This document shows positions 28,361 to 42,720 of a DNA stretch of 64,000 nt, piece by piece; position 1 is the first letter of the stretch, and the number at the start of each line of letters is the position of its first letter. The stretch comes from the human T2T-CHM13v2.0 reference genome, Homo sapiens. The notes beneath the pieces are model-generated. The model did not search any database. It was not told the DNA's origin and saw nothing but the letters and a program-made list of their open reading frames with translations. A program made the translations under genes and the position numbers. The stretch lies in NCBI RefSeq assembly GCF_009914755.1, contig NC_060931.1; one strand, written 5' to 3'.

Positions 28361-28741
28361 TGTGTCAGGCCATTCTTGCATTGCTATAAAGAAATACCCA
28401 TGCTGGGTAATTTGGCTCATGGTTTTACAGGCTTTACAGGAAGAATGGTGCTGGCATCTGCTTCTGGGGAGCCCTCAGGGAGCTTTTACTCAGATGCAAG
28501 GTGAAGTAGGAGCAGAGACCATCACATGGTAAGAGGTGGAGCAAGAGTGAGGAATGGGGGAGGGTGCCACACACTTTCAAACAACCAGATCTCATGAGAA
28601 ATTTTTCACCATCACATGGAAAGCACCAAACAATGAAGGATCCGCCCCCATGACAAAAACACCTCCCACCAGGCCCCACTTCCAACATGGGATTACATTT
28701 CAACATGAGATTTGGAGGAGTCAAATATCCAAACCATATCA
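28361..28741 (-). mobile_element. MST (MaLR) solo LTR
   Basis: 'tgtgtcaggccattcttgcattgctataaagaaatac...ccaaaccatatca' with perfect 5-bp TSD CTGCA. Confidence 0.92.
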
Positions 28742-29036
28742 CTGCACCCTTGTCAGCACTTCTGAGTTGAGCCATTCTCCTGGGTACACATGTAGTGGCA
28801 TCTCCTTGGAGTTTTAATTCTCTCGTGATGACTTCAGTAGAATTTTGACTCTTGCAGTTTCTCCCTGTGAATGTTAATTAAGGAGCGATAACTAACCAGT
28901 TACCCCCTGCCTGTGTAAAGCACCAGAAGAAAAGCTGGTAAAAGAAAAGACAGAGAGTTTGTCAGGAGAAGTTTGTCAGGGCTTGGCAAAGGTTTGCATG
29001 AGCCAACCCCAGTGCTCTGGGCTTCTACTCCTTTGA

Positions 29037-30238
<1,202 letters not shown>

Positions 30239-32656
30239 CTTTGCAAGGAGGACAAATGATTCGGAGGGGGCCCAGTCTCCCATGGAGAACAGCAAGGTAC
30301 ATATAGAGAAGGCAAGGAACAGATCAAGAGTCCCCAGTGGGGGATGCAGGTGACTGGAAGGCAGGTGTGCTGGGGGAGGGAGTGCCCAGGGCTGAGACAG
30401 CACTGTCAGGATTCCACCAGGATTCCCATAAGTGGGTTTCCTGGCTGTAGCATTCCTCCAATGCATTCAAGCACAGCATTTCTTTTTTTAGGATTTTCCT
30501 CAGGACTTGAGTGCTGTAAAAACACACCCTAGGGGATGCTTTGAGGCACTAGGAAGTCAGCAATTTTTTTAGAGCAAGAAATGGGTAAGACCCGCTCTAC
30601 ATTTTAGGAAAGATGTGCTGGTGACTGAGCGGCGGAGGGAGAGGAGGCTGGAGACAGAGGGCAACTGGTGGCAGCTCTAGTAGTCCTGGCAGGAATTGGC
30701 AAAGACCTGAATGAAGGCAGCAGCGGTGGGCAAGGGGCAGAGACGCACAGGAGGAAGCTATTTCAGGATACATCTATAGGACTTGGTGACAGATTTGGTG
30801 TGGGGAGGAGAGGGAGGCGTGGAGTGTGGCTGCTGGGTTCCTGGCTGGGGTTAGGTGGTGTATGGAGATGCAAAGGATCCAGAATGGATTGGGTGGGCCA
30901 CATGCTGACATGGGCGTTGTCACGAACCTTCAATGTGATTGGAGCTGCCACCCTTTCCTGGCTCTTTAGCATGAGAAGGGCCAGCTTAGCCAGAACCCCA
31001 AAAGCGGCCAGCAGGGACCACGCTGGGCACAGGTCCAGGGACAGCAGTGAGGCTCTGCTGAGCGGTCTGCCGAGCCGCTGGCCCTCTCCATGAACCTCAC
31101 GGCTCATCTCTCAGGTCCCTTCAGTGCAGCCGCTGCATTTATACAGTCTAAGTCCCCTACCCTTAAAGGAGATGCAACATTTATTTTAAAATCTCTCTGA
31201 GGTTTTGGTTTTCCTTTTAATCCCAAATGGCCTTTTAAGCTTCTGGCTCCTATATTTAACCTATCTAATGAGATTTCTTTTCCAGTAATTCCTGAAACTG
31301 GTAATCTCTAATTGGGTCAAATTCTCTACCCACAAGCCAGCGATTCTATTTTTAGTGCAAATCCTCAGGCTGAAGCTCCTCCGGCCTTTCAGACGCAGCT
31401 GTCAGAGCCGACTTTCCGCCACACTCCGCTCTCCCGAGCCAGACCCTATTTTGAATATTTTCCCAGTGCATTTCAGGGTAGGCCTGACTGTCCGGCCCTC
31501 CTGGCCTCCCCTCCATCTTCAGCCCCCAGGATGGCTTACACAAATCCATTTAGTGCTCATCAGCTTAGGTCCCCAGTGTTACCATAAATAACCAAGTCCA
31601 GGCAGCCAGCTTGGGGAAAGCACCTGAGCCCTCCCCATTCCTGTTGCCTTTTGTCCTAGTTGTGGGTGATCCACCTGGGAGAAGGACACGTAACACAGCA
31701 GAAAGACAACCCCAGTTTCTGTTACCAAGAGCGTTGCTGACCCTGAAAGTCACTGGGGATTTGGAGAATTCCTTTCTGCCATCCTTATTTGGCCAGGGGA
31801 CTCCGCCCATTCTGAGGATGCATGCAGGCCCCCCAATCCTGCCTGCAGCCTTCTCGGGTGCTTCCAAGTGGGAAGTGGCCCCTTCTCCAAGCCCTGATAT
31901 CAGTGTCCTCACCAGTGTCAGATTTTACTGCCCTGGGTGCTGCTTGCTCTCCCGCCTCCCTACCTCCACCCCTGCACTGCGAGCTCCTGGAGGGCAGGGT
32001 GGGTCCTGCCTCTATCTCTGTGTCTCCGCAACTGTGCACAGTGTGTCCGAGGCAAGTAACCCACCTTTATCACAAGGCTGCCCTCAGGGGGCCTCTGCCT
32101 GGGGAGACCCTGGCTCCAGCTCCCGTTTGAGATGCACACATCTCAGCTCAGCTTGAGGGGCCAGGGAGAGCACGAGCTGAGTTTGGTATGGGTGTGCATG
32201 TGTTCAGAGTCCACCATGCTGAGCCGATCACCATGGGGACCAGGGCTAGGAAAGCCCCAGCCCTGTTTCTTTAAAAGTAAGGATGCTGGTGAGAAGGGAG
32301 GCAGGCTCAGGGTGTCCATGGTTTCTTATCACCTGCCCAGCCTTCCCCACAATGTCTTTACCCCTCAGCAGGCTCTGCTAAGCAACAGCCCTCCATTGGG
32401 CTGTGTCCACAGTGAGACTCTGCTCTCTCTGGAAGGTTCTTTCCCACTTCCCACCCTCACAGAGACACTCAAAAGAAGGAGACCAGGCCAATTTCACCTT
32501 TACCTCACAAACCTCAAGTCTTGAATTTGGGAAGACATTCCCAGTTTCAAACAATTTGACCACTGGTAGTCTCTGGATGTGGCTTGATTTTGATTCACGA
32601 AAATAGAGTCACCATATCCATAATTTTTCCCTTCTGTTGACTTTGGCCAAACTTTC

Positions 32657-33105
32657 CATGATGGTTAATGTTATTGTCAACTTGACTGGGTCACAGGGCC
32701 CAGATATATTTGTGGTCAGACATTATTCCGGATGTTTCTGTGAAAATGTTTTGGCATGAAATTCACATTTAAATCAGTGGACTTTGAGTGAAGCAGCATG
32801 CACTCCCCAATGTGGGTAGGCGTCATGTAATCAGCTAAAGCCTGAAGCGAACAAAAAGACCAACCTTCCCCAAGGAAGAAGGAATTCTCCCACAGATGGG
32901 CATTGGACTTGAACTGCAGCATGGGCTCTTCCCTGGGTCTCCAGCCTGCTAGTTCGCCCTGCAGATTTCAGACTTACCAGCTTCCATAATTACATGAGCC
33001 AATTCCTTAACATAAATCTATTTTTCCATATGTATATATGTATGTATATATAGATATACACACATCCTATTAGTTCTGGTTCTCTGGGGTGCCCTGACTA
33101 ATATA
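32657..33105 (+). mobile_element. MLT2 (ERVL) solo LTR, older subfamily
   Basis: 'tgatggttaatgttattgtcaacttgactggg' through 'ccctgactaatata'. Confidence 0.87.
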
Positions 33106-36100
33106 CTCCCCTTGTCCGGCAGATTCCAGATATCACCACAAAGTGTCCTTCCTGAGAAAGCTGTGTGAACATGTATCAAAATCAACCAGGAGGTGCTGGA
33201 AGAAAGCGGGCAAGTTGTGGCCTGGTTGTACAAATGCTCCTGAGTGATGTGATGCTCAGCAGGGAAGAACCCTAGGGCAGCTGCTGTTTCTCTCAATGCC
33301 ACATTCCCTGAGTACCTTTGGGCATCCTGGTCATGCCGGCCAAGAATTGCTGTCCATTGAAAACACACCCAAACAGGATATGTGGCAAAGACCGGGCACT
33401 ATTTATAAAGTCAGCAGTCATTCCCAAGTCCATCTGGGACAAGCAAAAACCTGTCCCAAGAATCCACACTCAAGGCTGACATCCTTGATCGAAAGCCAGA
33501 TAGAACATGGACAGGGATGGACCTCAGGAAGTCCCCTATGAGGGTGATGTCCCCCCCAGCCAGCTCCACTTTTTGACTGGAGGAGTCCTAAACAAATATA
33601 CATGCCATGGTTTCTAATTTGCAGCATCCCAGGGAGCATAGCAAGGACAGAGCATGTACCACACGCCATGTTTTCCACCAGATAGGAGAGCTCACCTTCA
33701 TTCTCAGGAGTGGAGAATTGCAGTTCTTTAGTATACCTGCTGTAAATCTAATTTCTTTTCAATTTAGTAGAAAGAAATTGCAATTAAAAAGAACAAGACC
33801 AAGATGCACCTGCTTTGGGCTCTTGAGTGGTGTGCGGCGTACATCAGGGAAGATGGTTCTGCCTTGGGAAAACCCAAGTGGGTGTGGGGGTGGGCTGGAA
33901 TTACCTGCTGTCTCCATCCAATAGTTTGGACAGAATGGAACAGACAGGCTTCAGCGCTCTGCATAAGGATAGTATCGGGGTGTTAAAGTTTTTGCTGGAA
34001 GTTAAAGAAGCTGGGGCATCAGTAGGCCTGAAATGGGGTGGGGGAAACAGAAAGGGTCTCAAAGGGACTTGTGGGACATCAGGGTCCTAGTGCACTGGGG
34101 CCAATGGAGTCCTGGAAAATGAAGTCTTAGGACATCTGGATCTTATGTTCAGTTTGAAAATATCTCCCCTGAGCAGTGCTGTGCTCCTTCTTTCTCTCAT
34201 CCTCTGTGAAGTTTGCTGTGCAGAAGAGCTTTGCTTTGCTCTTAGAGGATAAAGGAATGTTAGAGGATAAAGGAATGAGGGGAAGGTGTATGGTGGGAGA
34301 AGACAGAAGAAAGAGGCCATCAAAGAAATGCAAGCCCCACCCATTCCTGCAGATGTTGGGGACACTGGTTTTCCCTTAATACAAGGGAAAACCCTCTGCT
34401 GGCCCCAGGGGAGAAGGTCATGTTGTAAGCCAGCAGGATTAGGGACCATGGGATGCCAGCAATGGCTACTCATGGAATCTTAGAGATCAGTGCCCTCATG
34501 CCATATGGGGCCTGAGTTTCCAGAGGCATCTCTAGCTGTGGGTTGAGTGAGATCATATTTACAGTAATCAATCCAATGTCCAGCACTCAGGCCTGGCCTG
34601 ATGCACAGCCTCTAGCCATCTACCATGGTCCCCATCCCGGGGTCATCCAGACCCTTCCACCCTGGCCCATGGCTGACATCCACTGCTGTGAGACCACTTC
34701 TTGTCTCAGCAGTGCAACACAGAAACTTCACAGGGACTTCAGCTGTGTGTAGGAGGGGAGAGCAGCTTCTGCCCACCCAGTGTCAGGGTACCACATCCTG
34801 CACCTCTGGGAATACAGGTCTCCCTGCTGCTGCCTCTAGCCCTTCCTTTTTGGGGCTGGGCACTCTCACATAACCCAGCATGGCTTTGACAACTTGCAGC
34901 TCCTCATGCACTGTTATCTCCTAAATCCATTGCTGCATTCCCTCTATTTGCACCGCCTTACCCTGGTGCAGCCCCCACCCCCCACCTCCCACGTTACGAC
35001 CTTGGCAATAGCCTCCTCATCCAGTCTTCTCAGAGAGTCGTGTGAGGGCCAGATGCTGACCAGCCACCACCTCACCATCATGACCCCTTTTCTGCATGTT
35101 GGGGTACACCCAAGCCATGCCAGAGCCATGCTCTTCTGGCTCCTTTCTCTAGAAGCACCGGGTATATTTATGGTCACATATTTAGGATTATTGGGTTAGT
35201 ATCTGCCTCTCCCACCTAGCCAGGGTTCCTGATAGAGTGAACCCCACCTACTCTGCTCAATACTGTATTATAAGTGACAATGATTATACATAAACCTCCT
35301 CCTGCCAACCAGTTCTCCCTGCAAGGCAGGACACACAATCATGTTTATCTGACTCCTGATGTCCCTTAGTCCAGCCTGAGACCCTGGCATGGCATTGAGG
35401 ACAATGAGACCTCCAGGGTAATCCTCCCACGAGCATTACCCACAGTCACATGGAGGTGAATGGCAAAGCCGGCTCTGAAGCCTCACTCAGTCCTCTCACT
35501 CAGTCTGCTTCCCATGATGCAAGGGAATGCCACACAGTGCAGAACAGTGATGCTTGGAGTGGCCAAATTGGTGAGATCAGATCTTGCCGCCCTTGTGCAC
35601 ACAGGCTGCTGCTGACTCACCCTCCAGCCCCTTTATCCAGTTGTAGCTCCTGCCTTTAGCTCTAGGACCCTTCCACTGGGTTCCAGCTGTCTGGGTGGTG
35701 CCCTCCCTCCCACGTTCTAGGACTGGAGGAAATGGGTGACCAGCAACCCCCACCGTGGTCATGTAGCCTGGCCAGGCCGGGCAGGGTGACATGGGCCAGT
35801 AGCGGGAGTCACCACCCAGTGGCCCTCCCCAGACCCCAGAGCGGTGGGTCTGACTGAGCTCAGCTGTTCCCTGCTGAGTGTAGACGTGATTCTGCCATTG
35901 CTGGCCCTTCTATTATGACAGCCAACACAGTCATAGTTTTGGATTAAGGTAGTTTGAGTTTGCGTTGGGGTTTTCTGTCACTTTTTGACTGGAAGAGTCC
36001 TAAACAGATATACATGCCATGGTTTCTAGTTGCCATCTGCAAGGGAATTAAAGACCCCTTCATTTGTCCCCACATGCTCCAAGAGGAAATACTCAGGGGG

Positions 36101-37132
36101 GCTGGGTCCCACACTGTGTCTTGCATCAGATGAAGTCAGGAGTTGGGAGCTGCCCCTATGAAGGGGAGAGTTGGGGAGGAGGCTGCATCTTAGGGTCTGA
36201 TCTGTCTGGGCTGAGCCCCACTGATGTCAGCTGGTTTCCAGTGTTTCACTGTTTTGAGCCTGTTGTGTGAATCATTTGATTACCTAGAAATTGCTGTGAC
36301 AAAATTAACTTTACTGACTATCCTATAGACACAAATCAGCAACCTCTTTCCTAAACAGCCTCATTTCCACAAGTGGCTCAGAGTCAATCGACTATATAGA
36401 GGCTGCTCTCTCTTTTACAAATTCACAAGGGAAATTTGTCCCAAAAGACAAAGCATGAGTGGAGTACGATACACACTCATCTGGAAGCCAAACGTCTGAC
36501 CAAAGTCAGTGGAAATCAATGAGCTCTCCCAGGACAGAAGCTGGTTAGCTGGCTTCCCTGGCTGTCATGGCTGCTGTCCAGATGCCTAAATGGATATATT
36601 TTGCTCTAAGAGTTTGAATGGCACTCACCCACTTCTGTCTACCCAGAACACTGAATTGTTAGAGGAAAAATTGTTGACAGGGCTGGTTGCTCTGCTTTAT
36701 ACTTTGTGTGTATAAAGTGTAGGCTCTGTGTGCATGCGGGCCTCTCTTCCGACCATAACCCTGGGGGCCAGGTGCTAAGTTCCCAAACTACAGAAGAGGA
36801 GAAGCACAGAGAGGTTGAGTAACTTGCTAAAAGTCACAGCTGGGAGGGGTGGTGTTGACATGTTAGCCCAACAACCCACCTCAGGGGTCCACACTCTTTT
36901 AGCCATGATATCATGTAGTTTCCCCTGTGGTGGCTATGAACTGGGTCAGATGGGCTGAGGCTCCAGGATGGGCCCACCCTGCACCACCCCCATGATCTGG
37001 GCAATTCATTTAGTTTCTACAAAGACCAGGACCTTCAACAGTTATGGGGCTCCAATGCAAAGGTAGACTAGAGAGATTTGTAAATGGTGAAAAGCCACAC
37101 CCAGTGGTGTTATTGTAGCAAGAAGCACTGCA

Positions 37133-37398
37133 CAGAAAACCAAATACCACATGTTCTTACTTATAGGTGGGAGCTAAACATTGAATATACATGGACAAAA
37201 GGATGAGAACCATAGACACTGAGGACTGCTAGACAGGGAGGGAGGGGGACATAGACTGGAAAACTACCTATTGGGCACTATGCTTATTACTTGGGAGATA
37301 GGATCTGTACCCCAAACCTCAGCATCATGAAATATACCCATGTAACAAACCTGCACGTGCACCCCCCTGAATCTAAAAAAAAAAAGGTAAAAAAAAAA
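37133..37398 (+). mobile_element. Short 5'-truncated L1P 3' end
   Basis: L1 3' UTR plus poly(A), with TSD aagaagca(c/t)tgca at 37120-37132 and 37397-37409. Confidence 0.92.
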
Positions 37399-37769
37399 GA
37401 AGCATTGCAGTCATGTCTTGAATAAGGCACCGGCCTCCCATATTGGGAGAGAGAGGGAAAGAACTAGAGCCCCCACCATGTGAACAAGCAGGCTCAAATT
37501 ATCCAACGAGTTTGTTTTTATTGAGAAGAAGTGTATCTGTGGCTATATGGAAGTAATTGCATGCCCATTCTCCCAGATGTGCAGAGACAATGTCGCGGAT
37601 GATGGTGCCCTGCTATTTGCTGGCCTCTGATGAAGGAGGCAGGTGCTCCCCCGAAGAGCAGAATCGCTCATTGTGGGCCTCACAGCACCCCCCTCCCCCG
37701 CCCTTGGCTGTTGTTCTTTATTTACCCAGTGCAACACGAAACCTTAGCCAGGGTAGACTATATGTTAGG

Positions 37770-38185
37770 TGTATTTTTTGGCTTGGGCTACCATACAAAC
37801 CCACTGCAGACTGGGTGGGTTTACACAACAGACATTTATGGTCTTGAAGTTCTGGAGGCTGGAAGTCCGAGATCAAAGTGTCGGCAGGGCTGGTTGCTCT
37901 GAAGGTTCCAGGGGACCATCTCTCCTGGCTTCTGGTAGTTCCTTGGCTTGTGGCAGCATCAATCCAATTTTCACTTGGCGTTCTCCCTGTGTGTCTGTGT
38001 GTCCACATTTTTTATAAGACACCAGTCATATTGGAGGAGAGGCCCACACTACTCCAATATAGCCTCATCTTAACTAATTACATCGGCAATGACCTTATTT
38101 CCAGATAAGGCCACATTATGAGGCAGGGATTAGGACTTCAGCATATAAATGGTGGGCAGAGGGGACCACAATTCAACTTTTGACA
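37770..38185 (-). mobile_element. MLT1 (MaLR) solo LTR
   Basis: 'gttctggaggctggaagtccgagatcaaagtgtcggcagggctgg' and 'attaggacttcagcatata' are MLT1 motifs. Confidence 0.85.
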
Positions 38186-38736
38186 CCCACTAAGAGGACA
38201 TCTTGCAATCACTTTGTCGTATCTCAGATAATTTCCCTGTTATGCCTGGTGCAAACTGCCCATCTGAAGGCCTTCTTCTTCCAACCTGGGAAATGTGGAG
38301 ACAGTATTAACATATTCACAGCTCAAGTCCACACCACTGACAATAACAATTTTCAATTCTTACCCCTCCCAGGGTTTAACAACACGAGTTGGAGGACCCC
38401 CAGATTCCCACCAGAATCTGGTCCTCTCTGTGCCTTGGGGCCAGCTCCAGAGCATGTCTAGGTCTCTGCTTCTTCATCAACAAAATGAGGGTGATAAAAT
38501 CTGCCTTCCAAGATGCCATGGAGCATCAATGAGAACTACAGACATGAGAATGACATGTAAACCACACCACACCATGTATCCCTGGATACTTTATTAGGAC
38601 TTCATATTAGGACAAGCATGTGTGACAGTAAGCAAAGGGTACTGCACCTATGACTGAACCTCTTTCCGTCCAAAGCCTAATCTGAATCCTTATAACCTCG
38701 TTTGAAAGCAGTTGCTGCCAATCTTGCCAATGATTT

Positions 38737-39044
38737 TCTTTTTTTTCTTAAAGAGACAGACTCTTATTAAAAGAGAAGTCACCCAGGCTGGAGTGTAAGA
38801 TCATGGTTCACTGCAGCCTCAAACTCCTGGGCTCAAGTAATCCTCCCACTTTAGCCTCCCTTAAAACTCATTTGCCGCTGGGACTAAAGATATGTACCAT
38901 CACTTTCAGCTAATTTTTAAATTTTTGTTGAGATGAGGCTTCCTTATGTTGCTCAGGCTGCTCTCATGTTCCTGGACTCAAGTGATCCCCCTGCCTTGGC
39001 CTCCCAAAGTGCGGGGATTACAGGCATGAGCCACTGCACCTGTC
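38737..39044 (-). mobile_element. AluJ
   Basis: Diverged dimer with the J-type 'ctcctgggctcaagtaatcctccc' motif. Confidence 0.88.
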
Positions 39045-40399
39045 TGAATGTCATTTTTTGAGTGAGGACAAAGTTGAGAGCCAAAACAGGTAAAAGAAGG
39101 TGCCATTTATTTGTAAACTTTGCACCCAGATTAACTTTATCATACTTTTTCATTTTCATGTAGTTTGATCCTTTTTGGATATTATTCAGCTTTTCTTTAA
39201 TAAATTGTTAGGATCCAAAAATATACCACACCAGTTAACAAGAAAATCTTCACTTCAATCTTAACACTTGAAAAGAAAAATCTTGCAGACTTTGCTCCTA
39301 TTTGGGGATAAGCAGGGGACTAGTGGATAGAAGAAGGTGCTTTCTCAAGTCAGTGACAGAGGTTGGGCCATGCCATCTTTTCAGAGCCAGTGCTGCCCTC
39401 TGAGGGCTTCAGCTCAAAGAGGGGAGGAAGGCAAATGAACAGAAAATGAGGCTACAGAGTGGTGGGTATGAATTTTCACGGAAGACTGGGACTGGGGAGA
39501 AAGCAACGAGCTGTGCCAGAAGGAGCCAGAAAGGTTTCAGAAAGGATGTTCTGTTGGGGATGCTATTCCAGGAGGAGGGACCAGCTGTCATCAAGTGTCT
39601 GCTGGGGGCCTTTGGTGTGAGCTACTGGGGACATGGGATGGGAAAGTGCCCCTACTCTAGACAAAGCCTAGAGGTGTCATCATCTGCAACTATTAAGTTG
39701 AAGCATATGAAAGAGCTGACATGTGACAACTTTGGCCCTTTTACAAAAACGGCAATTTTGTATGGTTCAACCTGATACCAATTCCAGATAAAATGGAAAT
39801 GCCTCAAATTCTAACCTTTGTTCCGTATAACAACACGTGGAATCCCTGAGAGTTAATGGAATCCCTGGGGCATTTCTAAAATAGACCAATGCCTGGGCGA
39901 GATCCCTTAAATCCTGGTTTCTGGGAGTGGGGCCTTCTGCAGGGGGCCTAGCCTCCTGGTCTCCATTATTTCATGGGATCCCAGTTCCTGGTCTATCCAT
40001 ATTGAGGGGACGAGAAGCAGCCGGGATAACGGAGGAGGCAGGGGTTCTTGCAGTGGCTACTCCTCTCTAGGCCTCCTGGAGGGAGCTGATCATGAGAGAT
40101 CCTCACTGTAAGGGGGATGCAGGCAGCCCAGGGGCCGTCTGAGCACCAAATGACATCATGTACTTGAAGCACCAGCACAAAGTTGTCTCCCTCATAGTGA
40201 ATGAATGTAAGCAGTGGAATTCGACTCGCGGGTTTTAACCCCCATGGGCCAGCGTCCTTCCCTCCCAATTGTCCTGCTAGAAGAAAACGTTTCGCTCTCT
40301 CTCGGGTATCCAGCTAATCGTTAAGGCAAACAGCAGCGCCCCTTTTCCTTTCATCTCTTGCCCCATTTCTGCACCTACAGCCTCACACCTTCTTCCCGG

Positions 40400-42720
40400 G
40401 ACACAGCACTGCCAGGAGCCCATCCTGGTTCAGTTCAGTACCCAGGAGGAATCCCTCGGGCCGACTCCCAGGACTTTGTTTCTTGGACTTCACCACCGCC
40501 GCCTCCCCAGCACAGCTCCCGCAGCCCGCACCCGCCCACAGGGTCTCCGCGACCCTAGAGCTTAGGGAAGAATTGCCGAGGGGCGGGGGGTCCCTCATGC
40601 GCATGGAAGGGACGTACGCCCCAGGCCTCCACCTTCCTCCTGACCCCGGGGATTCTTGGACGTCGATTCTCCGTCTCGTAGGGGCGAGGGCCCTGGGTTC
40701 GCAGTCAGACGCGGGCCCCTCTCAAATCTAGTGGCCTGGTTTTATTGAGTGGGGGAAGGCACATATTTTCCAAGATTAACTGCCCCGCAACAGGGAATTT
40801 CGCAGGATTTCAGTATTTTCGACTCCCCAGGTGACGCCAAGAGGGTGGGTTCCACTGTGCACGGTGGGGAAACTGAGGCTCGGAGGGGACAAGGAAGGTA
40901 CTCGAGGTCACGCGGCTCCTCCGGCGGGCGGGAACGCAGGACGCGGAGTTGGGGCGCGGGCTGTGCGCGCCCAGGTTCGCGGCTCCCGGGGCTCGGCTGT
41001 CGCAGCGCGGTCGCCGCCGAGGACCACGGTCGGGGCGCGGGCGGGCTCCAGTGCGCAGGCGCGGCGGGCGGGAGGGGACGCGCTCCGGGCGCGCGCGCGG
41101 GGCAGCCGGCGCCCCAACTCCGCCCGCCCCGCGCCCCGCGCCCCGGCGCCTCGCCGCCCGCCGCCCGCCCGCCCCGGCGCCGCCGCCCGCGCCCCGGCGC
41201 CCCGGGCCGGCGAGGGGCGCGCCCGCGGCCGCGGCCGCTGCATGGCGCTGAGATGGCGGGGGCGCCGCGCGGCGGAGGCGGCGGCGGAGGCGGCGCGGGC
41301 GAGCCCGGGGGCGCCGAGCGGGCGGCCGGGACAAGCCGCCGGCGCGGGCTCCGGGCGTGCGACGAGGAGTTCGCTTGCCCAGAGCTGGAGGCGCTGTTCC
41401 GCGGCTACACGCTGCGGCTGGAGCAGGCGGCCACGCTGAAGGCGCTGGCCGTTCTCAGCCTGCTGGCGGGCGCGCTGGCGCTGGCGGAGCTGCTGGGCGC
41501 GCCGGGGCCCGCGCCCGGCCTGGCCAAGGGCTCACACCCGGTGCACTGCGTCCTCTTCCTGGCGCTGCTCGTGGTAACCAACGTCCGGTCCCTGCAGGTG
41601 CCCCAGCTGCAGCAGGTCGGCCAGCTGGCGCTGCTCTTCAGCCTCACCTTCGCGCTGCTCTGCTGTCCTTTCGCGCTGGGCGGCCCCGCCCGGGGTTCCG
41701 CCGGGGCCGCTGGGGGGCCAGCGACCGCCGAACAAGGGGTTTGGCAGCTCCTTTTGGTCACCTTCGTGTCCTATGCCTTGCTGCCCGTGCGCAGCCTGCT
41801 GGCCATAGGCTTTGGGCTCGTGGTGGCTGCGTCGCACTTGCTGGTCACAGCCACCTTGGTCCCCGCCAAGCGCCCACGTCTCTGGAGGACGGTAAGTGCA
41901 GCCGCGCACCCCTCATCTGGTCTCGGACACACTTGCTGGGACGATGCTGGGAATGCCCGGAGTCGGGCGCGCTTTTTCCTATGCGGCGGGTGGGGACACT
42001 GAGGCTCCGAGTGGGGGTGTGTTCAAGGTCACTCCTACGAGTTGGGGACGCAGTCGGGGCTGGCACCCTCCGGCCAGGGCTCTCTTCAGAGTTACAATCC
42101 ACGAAGCGCCCCTGGCGTGAAGTGTGGAGAGGGGAGACAGGTGTGGAGAGAGAAAGGTTTGGCCAAGGTCAGGGAGCTGATGAGCGGCCAGACGGCGGCC
42201 AGAGGGGTCCGCCGGTCTTTTGCCGCACCCATCCCCACAGAGGGACTGAAAGTGGGCGAGGAGAGCAGACCCCCAGGGCAAGCTCCAAGGCCGGGTCTGC
42301 GCGCAGCGCTGGGCTCTTCCCCTGCGCACCTAGAGCGCGTGCTGGGCTCGCCTCCCAACCCTGCGGACCCGAGGGTGGTATATGGGTGGTGGGAAAGGAC
42401 TTCGGCTCTTCCAGCCTTGCTGGCCACCCTTCTGTGGACATGCCTCCGGCCCAGAAAGAGTGGGGTTTGCCAAGGTCAAACACAGTCTAGTCCCTGCCGC
42501 TGCCACTCGGCGGTTGCCCTGACCCTGCCTTTTCTGCGCCCGAACTTTGTCACTGTCTTCCCAGTCGGGCGGGCGAGATGGTTGCAAGGACGGGGACGCT
42601 GTCTGCCTCCCGCGGACTCTTCCTGGGCCCTGGAGGAGCCTGCTCTTCCAACTGCCCGGAGGTGGACGTGGACCAGAGGTCTTTGCCCCACGGCGGGGCT
42701 TTGAGAGCTTCCCCTTGTGC
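40400..42720. promoter_or_regulatory. ADCY1: CpG island / TATA-less GC-rich promoter of ADCY1
   Basis: Very high GC and CpG density with many GGGCGG/CCGCCC boxes at about 40920-41240, spanning exon 1. Edges are approximate. Confidence 0.92.
41253..41891 (+). CDS. ADCY1: Adenylate cyclase 1, coding part of exon 1 (213 codons: N-terminus and most of the first transmembrane cluster)
   Basis: ATG at 41253 in gagATGg context translates as MAGAPRGGGGGGGGAGEPGGAERAAGTSRRRGLRACDEEFACPELEALF...KRPRLWRT, which I recognise as human AC1. It ends at a consensus donor ACG|gtaagt (GT at 41892), phase 0. Confidence 0.97.

Noticed and set aside
34242-34277. 18-bp perfect tandem duplication (similar small ones near 1531-1578, 8153-8186 and 60527-60560)
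   Set aside because: Common slippage micro-duplications with no evidence of function.
40749-41252. 168-codon in-frame extension upstream of the ADCY1 AUG
   Set aside because: Begins at a GTG and probably extends past the TSS. Lack of stops is expected at this GC content.
41357-42490. 377-aa alternative-frame ORF overlapping ADCY1 exon 1
   Set aside because: Low-complexity Ala/Gly/Arg/Pro product from a stop-poor CpG island. It runs through the splice donor into the intron and has no recognisable domain.
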